Shown: positions 20,733 to 29,691 of the stretch, piece by piece | How positions within the stretch are numbered: the stretch's first letter is position 1 | Layout: the number at the start of each line of letters is the position of its first letter | Sequence record: NC_042136.1 | DNA: 64,000 bases | Reading direction: 5' to 3' (one strand) | Notes under the pieces: model-generated | The model's database searches: none | Told to the model about the DNA's origin: nothing | Seen by the model: the letters and a program-made list of their open reading frames with translations, nothing else | Program-made: the position numbers and the translations under genes

Positions 20733-21959
20733 ATGTCTCAAATTCGTAATATGCTTATGGCTCAAGCTGGCATGGAATCTCTAGATGCAGCTGAAGTTGC
20801 ACAAGTTGAAAAGACAGCTGAAGAAGTAGCTGAGCTAGTAGCAGATAAAGCTGCTGAAGAAATCAAAGCTGAAGTAAATGAACTGGCTGACGAAGTTGAA
20901 GAACTGTCTGAAGAGATCGAAGAGATCGAAGAAGACGTTGAAGAACTTGAAGAATGTGTTGACGGTATGGAAGCGCTGCTTAAAGCAGGTTCTTTCAACG
21001 GTGCTGCATTCGGCCTTCTTTACAACCGTGCAGAAAAACTAAACCGTAAACTTGGTGGCGCTGAAACTGGTGCTGTTGTTGGTGCTGAGTCTCTAGGTGA
21101 CGCAACTTCTGCGACTCTAGCAGCTCGCGCTGGCATGGAAGGCTTCATGGAAACTGCACGCGGCTACAAAGACGCAGCAGTTAAATTCATCATGTCTATG
21201 TACGAATCTCTAAAATCATTCGTTAAAGGCCTGTTCGACAAATCTGTAGCGATCGAAAACCAAGTTAAAGCGACTACCGCTCGTCTTGAGAAAGCTGAGA
21301 AAATGAAAGAAGACGTTAAGCCGGGCAAATGGGCTTCACTGGCTCTACTTCGTGACTCTAACAAACTTCGCGCTATCGTTACCGCAGCTGACGCAGTAGT
21401 TTCTGCTGGTGCTAAACTAACAGCTAACGATGTAGCTGGTTACGCTGGCGCTTACCGTACGCTGAAGAACGCTATCGAGAACCTAGCGAAAGACGGTCAG
21501 TCTAAAGCGAACAAATCTGGTGACGGCACTACTCACCAAATCCACTTCGGTAAAGTTGTTATCAGCGCTACTGTATTCGACGGTGAGATCAAAGAACTTG
21601 CTGACGTAAACAAAGCGGCTAAAGTAACTACTATCTCTTACTCTGTTGCAAAACAAGAAGGCGAAGTTTCTTTCAACGCGCTAACTAAAGAGTCTGCGAA
21701 AGGCTTCCTAAAATCAGCAGCGGCTGATGGCGTAATGCTTAAATCAATGAAAGAAGCGAAAGCAGGTAACGAGAAAGGTCGTGACGAGCTAGTAGCTGCG
21801 CTTAAGAAAGTTGAAGGTAAGCAAGAAGATTGGGTTAAACCATCGATCTCTGCACTGAAAGCTTCTACAGCGATGACTAACCGTGTGTTCACTGTTGTTG
21901 CTAAGATCCTAGGTAACGTTGCTGACGCGAAAATCGCGGCAGTTAAAGCATACCTTTAA
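20733..21959 (+). CDS. major (high-copy) internal head protein, phiKZ_IP-like paralogue
   Basis: AGME-S, DGME-A, GAE-S, AGME-GFMET; codon bias as strong as the capsid gene. Confidence 0.8.
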   Translation: MSQIRNMLMAQAGMESLDAAEVAQVEKTAEEVAELVADKAAEEIKAEVNELADEVEELSEEIEEIEEDVEELEECVDGMEALLKAGSFNGAAFGLLYNRAEKLNRKLGGAETGAVVGAESLGDATSATLAARAGMEGFMETARGYKDAAVKFIMSMYESLKSFVKGLFDKSVAIENQVKATTARLEKAEKMKEDVKPGKWASLALLRDSNKLRAIVTAADAVVSAGAKLTANDVAGYAGAYRTLKNAIENLAKDGQSKANKSGDGTTHQIHFGKVVISATVFDGEIKELADVNKAAKVTTISYSVAKQEGEVSFNALTKESAKGFLKSAAADGVMLKSMKEAKAGNEKGRDELVAALKKVEGKQEDWVKPSISALKASTAMTNRVFTVVAKILGNVADAKIAAVKAYL

Positions 21960-21990
21960 TCCAACTCCCGAGTGGGTTAGATAACTTCAA

Positions 21991-22020
21991 ATCGGGGAGG
22001 GGCTTCGGCTCCTCTCCGGT
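21991..22020 (+). terminator. intrinsic terminator hairpin
   Basis: 13-bp stem with G-U pairs, C(UUCG)G loop. Confidence 0.75.
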
Positions 22021-22051
22021 TTAATCACTTTCTTATTTTTTAGAGGTCACT

Positions 22052-23137
22052 ATGTTCGAAGAACAAAAAGGTGCACCGGCTCAAATCAGTACGGTTAAAA
22101 AGAAATACGAAGCGTCCAAAAGCGGAACCGATGCTGCATTGCGTGACGCCAAGGAACCTTTAGATCCGAAAGACCAAGGTGATGTGAAATCAGAACTTCC
22201 TAACGACGGTCAAGATTTCAAAGAACAAGTTGGTAATTCGGATGCACTGTATTCTTTGGGTGGGTTGAGTAGTCTCCCCGTCGATGGACAAGAGTCTTTT
22301 ATGGATACGGTTAAAGATACCGCAGAATGGCTCTGGAAGCGCGCTGTGGACATCTTTAACATGATCGTGGACTATGTGTATAACCGAGTCGCTACTGTAC
22401 GTCGTCGCATCACTCGTTTGAAATACTTGTTCAATGACCACGGTGTGTCGTTAAAAGAATGTACTTATCCCGGTACAATCACTCGTCTCACATCAGAGAT
22501 CAATGTTCCACGTACACCGGACTTTGCGTTAAAGACACTAGAACACGCACAAAAAGTCTACAACACCACGATGAGTCAACAGAACCAGATCACTAAGGTG
22601 ACTCGCCCGTTCCCACCAGAAACCACTCGAGAGCAACTACTTAACTTCGCGGAATCGGTGTCTTATTCTTACACTACCGCTTTAGGCGGAAAGAAGGTCA
22701 AAGATAACATTTACGAGATCGAGCTCCCTAGCGGTTTCCAAGTGATGAAATCAGTAATTAACCGTAAACGTGGTTTCAATGGGTTTACGTTAACTGAGTT
22801 CTTCCGTCCTAAGATCAAGATCAAAGTGCCGGAAAACTTTATTGCTTCTGCTGAAATAGTCCAACGTTTGTTGTTGAAAGCCGACGTGTTACTAATGGAC
22901 GTGGAAAAAACCCATAAGTCTCAACGTAGTTTTTCTAATGCTTTCCAACGTTCAGTGGATCCTTTGAAAAAGTCGGTGAGAGATTACCCACCGGCGACTA
23001 AAGAGGAATTACTGAAATACTACCGTTGGTTAGTTAACTATCAACACCGCACGGTTACCATTCCTTTGAACTACTATTTGAGTGTTATCTCAGCTTCGGT
23101 TGATTTAGCCAAAGCTCAAATACACAAAACCAAATAA
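22052..23137 (+). CDS. internal head protein (propeptide family)
   Basis: acidic propeptide ending DGQE-SFMDT followed by amphipathic helix. Confidence 0.65.
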   Translation: MFEEQKGAPAQISTVKKKYEASKSGTDAALRDAKEPLDPKDQGDVKSELPNDGQDFKEQVGNSDALYSLGGLSSLPVDGQESFMDTVKDTAEWLWKRAVDIFNMIVDYVYNRVATVRRRITRLKYLFNDHGVSLKECTYPGTITRLTSEINVPRTPDFALKTLEHAQKVYNTTMSQQNQITKVTRPFPPETTREQLLNFAESVSYSYTTALGGKKVKDNIYEIELPSGFQVMKSVINRKRGFNGFTLTEFFRPKIKIKVPENFIASAEIVQRLLLKADVLLMDVEKTHKSQRSFSNAFQRSVDPLKKSVRDYPPATKEELLKYYRWLVNYQHRTVTIPLNYYLSVISASVDLAKAQIHKTK

Positions 23138-23146
23138 GGGTTAAAC

Positions 23147-24565
23147 ATGATTAATGTTTTCAATCATTTGTTTTTCTTAAACTACCTTTACCAAACAGTG
23201 AATCGTCATTCGGCCATCACTGATCACCGTGACGTGATTCGTATTCGCGAGACTGCCGATTTATTGGGTATTGATGTCAGTATCATAAACACCTTTACGT
23301 TGTCTGAACCTTACCAGTTGATGAGTGCCATGTCTCATGAGCTCACTTTACATCTGGCAGAGATTGAGTCGTTTATTGATGGTGTGGATACGGTAATCCC
23401 TGAATCACTAGAGACTTTACTCCAAAACCAAAATTACGAAGACTATCGTAAGTTCTGCCCAGACGTTAAGTTTGATCACGCTGGTTTCTTGCGTTACGTT
23501 ACCCCTCGTAAAGTAGAAGGTGGTTTAGTAGAGTCTGGGATGCTGGCTAGCCATGCCGCTAATTTCTCTTTGGATTTAGAAGCGGTACTGCGTGAACTAC
23601 GTAAAGACTACGACCGTGATCATGATCTACTGGAACGTTGTACTCGTGAGATGATGTTCATCTTTGCTATCTTCGAAAACGTGGAAAGTAAAGGTGTTGA
23701 ACTCTTTTTACCGGATGATGATGCGGAAACGATTTGGTACAAGAAATTCCGTGATGGTGTGACCGCAGTAAATACGTTGGTGGATGAAGCACCTGTTATG
23801 TTGACTAATCCTCATGAAGTTGCCGAGGAACAACGAGCGGAAGTTACTAAAGCCGCAGAAGAACTGAACGTAGACGGAATGGAATCGTTTTGGCTCCACG
23901 CTGGTAACACTGAGTCTTTACACTTGCTGGGTGTGACGGGTAACGAAGCTTTCTCTGAAGATGTTCGTAAGATGGCAGGTAAAGCAGCAGAGATGCTGTC
24001 TACTGCGATGAAGTCTTTAAAAGCTCGTTTCGATGAGCGTAAGAAAGAAGGTTCGAAAGAAGCGGAAAGCATCAAAGAAGCCATCGACACATCTATCAAT
24101 AAGTTGAAGGGTAAAGCGGGTGAAGTGGATGGTGCGTTAATTGATCAGTTGAAGAAACAGTTAGATAAAGCTGGCTTCGGTGAACTAGCGGCTAAGCTGA
24201 ACGGCGCTAAGAGTTTTACTCAACTTACCCAAGCGTTGGATAGCATCTCTAGTGAGTTCACTAGCAAGATCAAATCCATGAAAGAAGCGGAAGATGCTTT
24301 AGCTAAAGCAGAAGCCAAAGTGAAAGAAGCTTCTACCCCACCATCAGGTACGTCAGACGGCGCGACCGCAGAATCACAAGGTCAAATCAAGAACCAACTT
24401 AGCGAAGCAAGTAAAGATGCGAAAGCACTAATGAAGTCTGCTTCAGATGCGATCGGTGTATCACTCAAAGGTTTGGTGGCGTTGCGTAGTATTAAAGCAA
24501 CTCTAGAACGTATTGAGAAATCTGCTGAACCTAAAGTCGATGGACAAGAGTCTTGGATGTTGTAA
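23147..24565 (+). CDS. internal head protein
   Basis: central DGME-SF and GNE-AF sites; C-terminal DGQE-SWML; coiled-coil second half. Confidence 0.6.
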   Translation: MINVFNHLFFLNYLYQTVNRHSAITDHRDVIRIRETADLLGIDVSIINTFTLSEPYQLMSAMSHELTLHLAEIESFIDGVDTVIPESLETLLQNQNYEDYRKFCPDVKFDHAGFLRYVTPRKVEGGLVESGMLASHAANFSLDLEAVLRELRKDYDRDHDLLERCTREMMFIFAIFENVESKGVELFLPDDDAETIWYKKFRDGVTAVNTLVDEAPVMLTNPHEVAEEQRAEVTKAAEELNVDGMESFWLHAGNTESLHLLGVTGNEAFSEDVRKMAGKAAEMLSTAMKSLKARFDERKKEGSKEAESIKEAIDTSINKLKGKAGEVDGALIDQLKKQLDKAGFGELAAKLNGAKSFTQLTQALDSISSEFTSKIKSMKEAEDALAKAEAKVKEASTPPSGTSDGATAESQGQIKNQLSEASKDAKALMKSASDAIGVSLKGLVALRSIKATLERIEKSAEPKVDGQESWML

Positions 24566-24571
24566 TATAAA

Positions 24572-24597
24572 AGAGTGGGTCTTCACGGACCCACTCT
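24572..24597 (+). terminator. intrinsic terminator hairpin
   Basis: 10-bp stem AGAGTGGGTC/GACCCACTCT followed by T-rich run. Confidence 0.75.
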
Positions 24598-24636
24598 CTT
24601 TATTCGATTTTATGATTATTAACTAGGAGAGAGTTT

Positions 24637-26232
24637 ATGCTCAAGGCGTTATTTGACGCTGGCGAAACGTACCGTAATGCGACTCGTCCGGCTATTCTCG
24701 ACAGCATTTACTCTGTATTGGAGTACTATCAAGTTCGAGAAAAAGATCTATTAGTTTACTTGAATGGGGAAGCGACTGATGCAAGACCTATGTACTCCAG
24801 TCACGAAGACCCTTCTCGTTCAGGTCAGTTCACCGACTTCATCTATCGCAATAAATTGTTTGCCATAGCGGAAGTCGTCACTACCGACTTCAACTCAGGT
24901 TACGGCAACTTAGGTAGACAAATCAACAACGTACCATTATGGGAAGATAAAGACACCCGCACTTATCTTACACCTATATTTGAAGGTCGTAAAGTTAACG
25001 TGGATTGCAATGTGCACTTTAATACGCGACAACAAGCAATGAATTTCCGTAACCGTTTGCAACGCATCTATGACTTACAAGGTGCGAATCCTTGGTTCCG
25101 TGCACACATCCATTATCCGGTACCGTATGAGTTCATGGCGTTAACGGGTCATCTACAACAGCTTTCTATCAATGGCGGGTATTCTGATCCAGATACTACT
25201 TACCCAGATTGGTTCTTAAAGCGCTGTACTGTCCCTTCTAGCGTGATTAGTAATGCGGTAGGTAATAACCCTATCTTTGCGATGAAACGTCGTATAGAGA
25301 ACTCTGAGGTGATTCTGGAAGAACCGACCTTAGCGTTAGTTCAAAAGAATCCTGAGGTGTTAGGGAAATACGAGGTCAGTTTCCGTTATTCTTTCTACTG
25401 GCAAGAACTCATTAATTGGCAAGCTAATTATCCTATTATGGTGAAACAGCAACCCATTAGTAGTGACTTTATCATCACACCTTATGAAGAACCGGGTGTC
25501 CCGCACTCCCCTTACAAATTCTTCGAGTTACAAGCCGGGGATAACATTAAAGGTTTCGATGGCACCAAGTATTATGAATACGCTCGTTATCCATTGTACG
25601 ACCCGTGGTTCCCTCCTGCTAACTACGATCGAGTAGAACCTAAAGTTATCGTTAACTTTATCGTGGAAGACGTAGAAGAACAATTGCTGTTCAACATCAA
25701 AGATATTCCTGACATGGAATGGAATCCCACCATACTCGCGTTCGTCTTAAAATACCACGACCTCATCACCATACGCAGTAATCTGGTATTATGGTTACAG
25801 CTTTACTCTGATGATACTCCCGTAGTACAAGAAGACATTCGTTTAGACGCTAATGGTGATCTTTGGTTACTCCGTAATCCGGTAATCGAAAACAACTATC
25901 GGATGGTCTTAAACATTGACGGTATGTTAGGGTTGCTAACGAGTGAAGGGAAAGATCTCATTATTAATGACGACTTCTATCGTGACGAACTCTTACCGGA
26001 GATATTCCCGTGGTGGCATTGGAGTAAACAACTGGCGAGTAACTTAACTGGTGAATGGGGATCCACCGGGACACCAATTCCGGGATGGAACCAAGATGGG
26101 GAACCAGAACAATTCTACTCCAACATCGAAACCCGTGATGAACTAGAACAAGCCATTGATATTATCTCCGCTTTACCAGAGTTCCCGAATACGCCATCGT
26201 TCATGATGAACATGTCGCTACGAGTAAAATAA
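24637..26232 (+). CDS. conserved virion structural protein (phiKZ gp98-like)
   Basis: 531 aa aromatic/beta-rich; synteny. Confidence 0.5.
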   Translation: MLKALFDAGETYRNATRPAILDSIYSVLEYYQVREKDLLVYLNGEATDARPMYSSHEDPSRSGQFTDFIYRNKLFAIAEVVTTDFNSGYGNLGRQINNVPLWEDKDTRTYLTPIFEGRKVNVDCNVHFNTRQQAMNFRNRLQRIYDLQGANPWFRAHIHYPVPYEFMALTGHLQQLSINGGYSDPDTTYPDWFLKRCTVPSSVISNAVGNNPIFAMKRRIENSEVILEEPTLALVQKNPEVLGKYEVSFRYSFYWQELINWQANYPIMVKQQPISSDFIITPYEEPGVPHSPYKFFELQAGDNIKGFDGTKYYEYARYPLYDPWFPPANYDRVEPKVIVNFIVEDVEEQLLFNIKDIPDMEWNPTILAFVLKYHDLITIRSNLVLWLQLYSDDTPVVQEDIRLDANGDLWLLRNPVIENNYRMVLNIDGMLGLLTSEGKDLIINDDFYRDELLPEIFPWWHWSKQLASNLTGEWGSTGTPIPGWNQDGEPEQFYSNIETRDELEQAIDIISALPEFPNTPSFMMNMSLRVK

Positions 26233-26242
26233 CGAGGTTAAT

Positions 26243-27529
26243 ATGTCCTTTCTAAAACCTGCTCCGGGGTTAAATGATCAGCCGGAGTTAAACAAACCAA
26301 CGATTTATTCGAAAGAGTACCGACACGCTATCGTCGACTCAGAATACGTCCCTCATACCAGTTTGTTGCATAACGTCAGTGGTCAACCGATTCGTTGTGA
26401 TTACTACCGACAATACTCTGGTCAGTCTGAAGAACTCATTGGTTTACAACTTAACGATATTTCCACTTACCAGTCTTATACGGAAATCCGTAATCTTGTT
26501 TACAAACGAGATGGGGACAAGAGTCGTAACTGGGACGGGGAACGTTATGAAGTCAATGAAACGTGGAACGGTTATTTCATCTTTGATTTGTTACCGCTGA
26601 AAGGTGACATATTCATTGAAGACATTGGTGATGGTCGTGCTGGTTTAATCCAGATCATGAACACCCCAGAACCTATGTCAACAGCTCGAGATAAAGTGTA
26701 TTTGTGTGAGTGTAAACTGCTTGCAGAAATGACTCAAGAAATCGAAGACAACATTCGTTCTAAAGTCGTCGAGACTTCTTGGTTCTCAGCGGAGTCTGCT
26801 CTAAAAGGTGGACACGCCATCATTACTGAGCAAGATCGTAGACTCAATGACCAACTGGATCGCTGGGCGTACATGATCTCTCAACATCTGTTAACTAACC
26901 ATTATTGGAACCCGGAACGTACCATCGCCATTCGCGACGATAAGGAATTCATTTATGACCCTTATCTCGTACGTTACTTGCAACGTGTTATCCCACACAA
27001 ATACATACCGGGTGCAAATCCAATCGAGTCTCTGAACTTTACCGTGGGTCGTAATTACAACTACGATAAAGAGATGACTATTTGGGATTGTTTCACCCAA
27101 GGTTCCTTTGATTTCTTACCTATGATTGATCGCAAGTTATATAAGTACAGTCGTTTAACCATGATGAACACTCGTGGTTATACCGGCTTCTTAGCAACGA
27201 AGTTCGATTACATCGTGTTACCTAACAAACTGGAGTTCAATGAACTCAACCATCTGTACGTCGCTAGAGACAACGGGTTAGCGTACCGACCACCCGTACA
27301 AGAACCAGAAGAATACGAAAACTATTTTTCTGAAGAGTTCTATAACGGATCCTACAACAATGATTTCGAACGTTGGTGTAAGGAATTCTTTGGTGATCGC
27401 ACGGTTGATCGTGAACAACTATTGAAACTCTGCAAAGATTATGCTAATTGGGAACCTATCGATCAGATCTATCGAGCCGGGTTGTTGGTTTCCGCAGTCA
27501 TGATCTCTAAACGCGTCTTCGGAGGATAA
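26243..27529 (+). CDS. conserved virion structural protein (phiKZ gp99-like)
   Basis: 428 aa; synteny. Confidence 0.5.
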   Translation: MSFLKPAPGLNDQPELNKPTIYSKEYRHAIVDSEYVPHTSLLHNVSGQPIRCDYYRQYSGQSEELIGLQLNDISTYQSYTEIRNLVYKRDGDKSRNWDGERYEVNETWNGYFIFDLLPLKGDIFIEDIGDGRAGLIQIMNTPEPMSTARDKVYLCECKLLAEMTQEIEDNIRSKVVETSWFSAESALKGGHAIITEQDRRLNDQLDRWAYMISQHLLTNHYWNPERTIAIRDDKEFIYDPYLVRYLQRVIPHKYIPGANPIESLNFTVGRNYNYDKEMTIWDCFTQGSFDFLPMIDRKLYKYSRLTMMNTRGYTGFLATKFDYIVLPNKLEFNELNHLYVARDNGLAYRPPVQEPEEYENYFSEEFYNGSYNNDFERWCKEFFGDRTVDREQLLKLCKDYANWEPIDQIYRAGLLVSAVMISKRVFGG

Positions 27530-27530
27530 C

Positions 27531-28229
27531 GTGGATTTCGTCAGTTACAAATACACTCGTGAACGTCTAATTGATTTATGGCATGAATTGTCATACGAAG
27601 GTTTTCGTATGATGGTCCCACCGCACATGTTTATGACGACCAAAGAAATAGAAAACCATGAACATGTTACTTATGAGAACAGCTACGATATGGGAGGTGA
27701 GATCCATCAACAACGACCTTACCTAGTAACCGTACCTCATCTTAGTCGTTTGATTAAAGGGATGAATAAAGAGTCTAGAATCGGGTTCTTTGATGCTGGC
27801 GATTCCATCACGCTATTCAAAAAGATCACCGAGTATTTAGATTTGTGGATGGACATTGCTAATGATTGTCCACAGTATTTCATTCCTCACTTGGATGAAC
27901 TGTATGAGTTGGAAGAAGTCGCGTTATGGATTTTCCATACTTATCGTCCAGCTATGATCACTCGAATGAACATCCGAATGAGAAAACAACAAAGAGATGC
28001 TGAACATGAACCTAAAGGTCAAAACCCGTTCTTGTTATTGCTAAGGATGGGGGCGACGGAATCGGTTGATGAAATACCAGAAGACATCTCTTTTATCTCG
28101 GTGCTGGATGCTCGTTTACCAGAACGACTCAGTACGTACTACCAAGCGACGAAGAAAGCAAAACCTTCTTTGAGTCTAGAGGAAGAATGGAAAATCAATA
28201 TGTCTGACATCGCTGACCTTATCGGGTAA
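27531..28229 (+). CDS. conserved hypothetical protein
   Basis: 232 aa, GTG start with SD GGAGG. Confidence 0.7.
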   Translation: MDFVSYKYTRERLIDLWHELSYEGFRMMVPPHMFMTTKEIENHEHVTYENSYDMGGEIHQQRPYLVTVPHLSRLIKGMNKESRIGFFDAGDSITLFKKITEYLDLWMDIANDCPQYFIPHLDELYELEEVALWIFHTYRPAMITRMNIRMRKQQRDAEHEPKGQNPFLLLLRMGATESVDEIPEDISFISVLDARLPERLSTYYQATKKAKPSLSLEEEWKINMSDIADLIG

Positions 28230-28239
28230 GAGGTGAAAG

Positions 28240-29571
28240 ATGATTCCATTAGAACTCAGTAACTTATTAGAACAAGCTTCTTTGAACGCCACGGAACCTA
28301 GCCCGACGACTTATGAGGTAACAGGTTCCTTTATTATCCCAGATGGTTACGTTTCCATTATAGGGATAGAACGTATTACTGGTATGGGAAACTACGTTAA
28401 AAACCGAGGAGAAGATATACGTATCCGTGTCCGTATACAACCCGGTGTTTATCAAAGAGAAGTACTACCGTTTAAAGACGACTTACAATTCGAGATGATC
28501 ACCGCTTCTCCTTACGGTGCTTATTTGCGTTATTACCGTTGTATTCCATTATCGATCAACGATACCGAGGTATTAGGTAATACTACCAAAGAACTGGATT
28601 TGTCCATCTACGATTCTCAAAACTTCATTAGCATCGATTTCCAATTGATGGATCTAGGTTTCTCTAAGTTACGCACACTACCGTTTTCCCAAACGTATTT
28701 GAGTGCTCGTGTTAAGGATGTCATCCACTACGCGTTAACCACTGAAACCATGAAACTGGAACTCCAAGGACAAGACCAGTTCAAAGGAGTGTTCATCGAA
28801 GAACCGGTGGATAACAAAGTCGTGTACCGTCAAGTCTTAATACCGCAAGGTGAGACTGATCTCATTAACTTGGTTCAGTATTTACAAGAACACGATTACG
28901 GGGTTTATTCTCGTGGTGTGGGGTCTTACTATGACCAAGGAGAATGGCGAATATACACACTCTGGAATACCACTAAGTACGATCGTTCTGATTATACGTT
29001 AGACATCATTCGTATACCGGAAGATGTCATGCCGACCCTCGAACATTCGTACTATTTGAATGACACGAACTTAAGTATCGTTTCATCAGGTCGTGGTGAG
29101 CTCATCAACTCGGTCGATGTGAATATACAAAACAAAGGCGTGGGTGCTCAGATCATTTCATCTAAAGCTGCTAGCGGTGATGTAGGTCAGCACTACAACA
29201 ACGGGCAAACGATATTAACACGGAAAGATACGTTAACCCAATACCGAACCGTTGAACGAAAGTCCGGAGAAGAAAGGGTAAACGTTAACCCTAATCCGAC
29301 TAACAACGTGGCTAGAGAGCTGTCTAAAGCTCGTGTGAATAACGGAGAGATCTTAACCATACCTTGGAAGAACGGAGACCATAATCTGATTCGTCCGGGG
29401 ATGCCATTCCGATACTATTATTTAACAGGGGATGGTTTGTTGAAGATGCGAGAAGGTACAGTAATAGGTAAGGCTTATGACTATGCTCCAACCGACTCCA
29501 CTCCTAACTACAAGTTTTATTGTAATCTTAATTTAACTTTATTTATGGGACTCGAAGAACAATTCGCTTAA
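28240..29571 (+). CDS. virion protein, possible baseplate hub-like (phiKZ gp101-like)
   Basis: 443 aa; C-terminal LIRPGMPF resembles hub-protein beta-barrel motif; synteny. Confidence 0.45.
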   Translation: MIPLELSNLLEQASLNATEPSPTTYEVTGSFIIPDGYVSIIGIERITGMGNYVKNRGEDIRIRVRIQPGVYQREVLPFKDDLQFEMITASPYGAYLRYYRCIPLSINDTEVLGNTTKELDLSIYDSQNFISIDFQLMDLGFSKLRTLPFSQTYLSARVKDVIHYALTTETMKLELQGQDQFKGVFIEEPVDNKVVYRQVLIPQGETDLINLVQYLQEHDYGVYSRGVGSYYDQGEWRIYTLWNTTKYDRSDYTLDIIRIPEDVMPTLEHSYYLNDTNLSIVSSGRGELINSVDVNIQNKGVGAQIISSKAASGDVGQHYNNGQTILTRKDTLTQYRTVERKSGEERVNVNPNPTNNVARELSKARVNNGEILTIPWKNGDHNLIRPGMPFRYYYLTGDGLLKMREGTVIGKAYDYAPTDSTPNYKFYCNLNLTLFMGLEEQFA

Positions 29572-29576
29572 AATAT

Positions 29577-29598
29577 CTGGGGGAGGAAACTCTCCCAG
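29577..29598 (+). terminator. intrinsic terminator
   Basis: 9-bp stem, GAAA loop, T9 tail; ends the late virion operon. Confidence 0.85.
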
Positions 29599-29620
29599 TT
29601 TTTTTATACCTTTTAATTTA

Positions 29621-29644
29621 TTTCAAACCTATATTACTAGGGTG
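29621..29644 (+). promoter_or_regulatory. early promoter
   Basis: TTTCA-AAC-CTATAT-TACTAGG-GTG; contains TATATTAC, the phiKZ early consensus. Confidence 0.7.
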
Positions 29645-29691
29645 AACCATCAACGGTTTTAATTATTTAACTTTTTTATTAAGGAAACATC

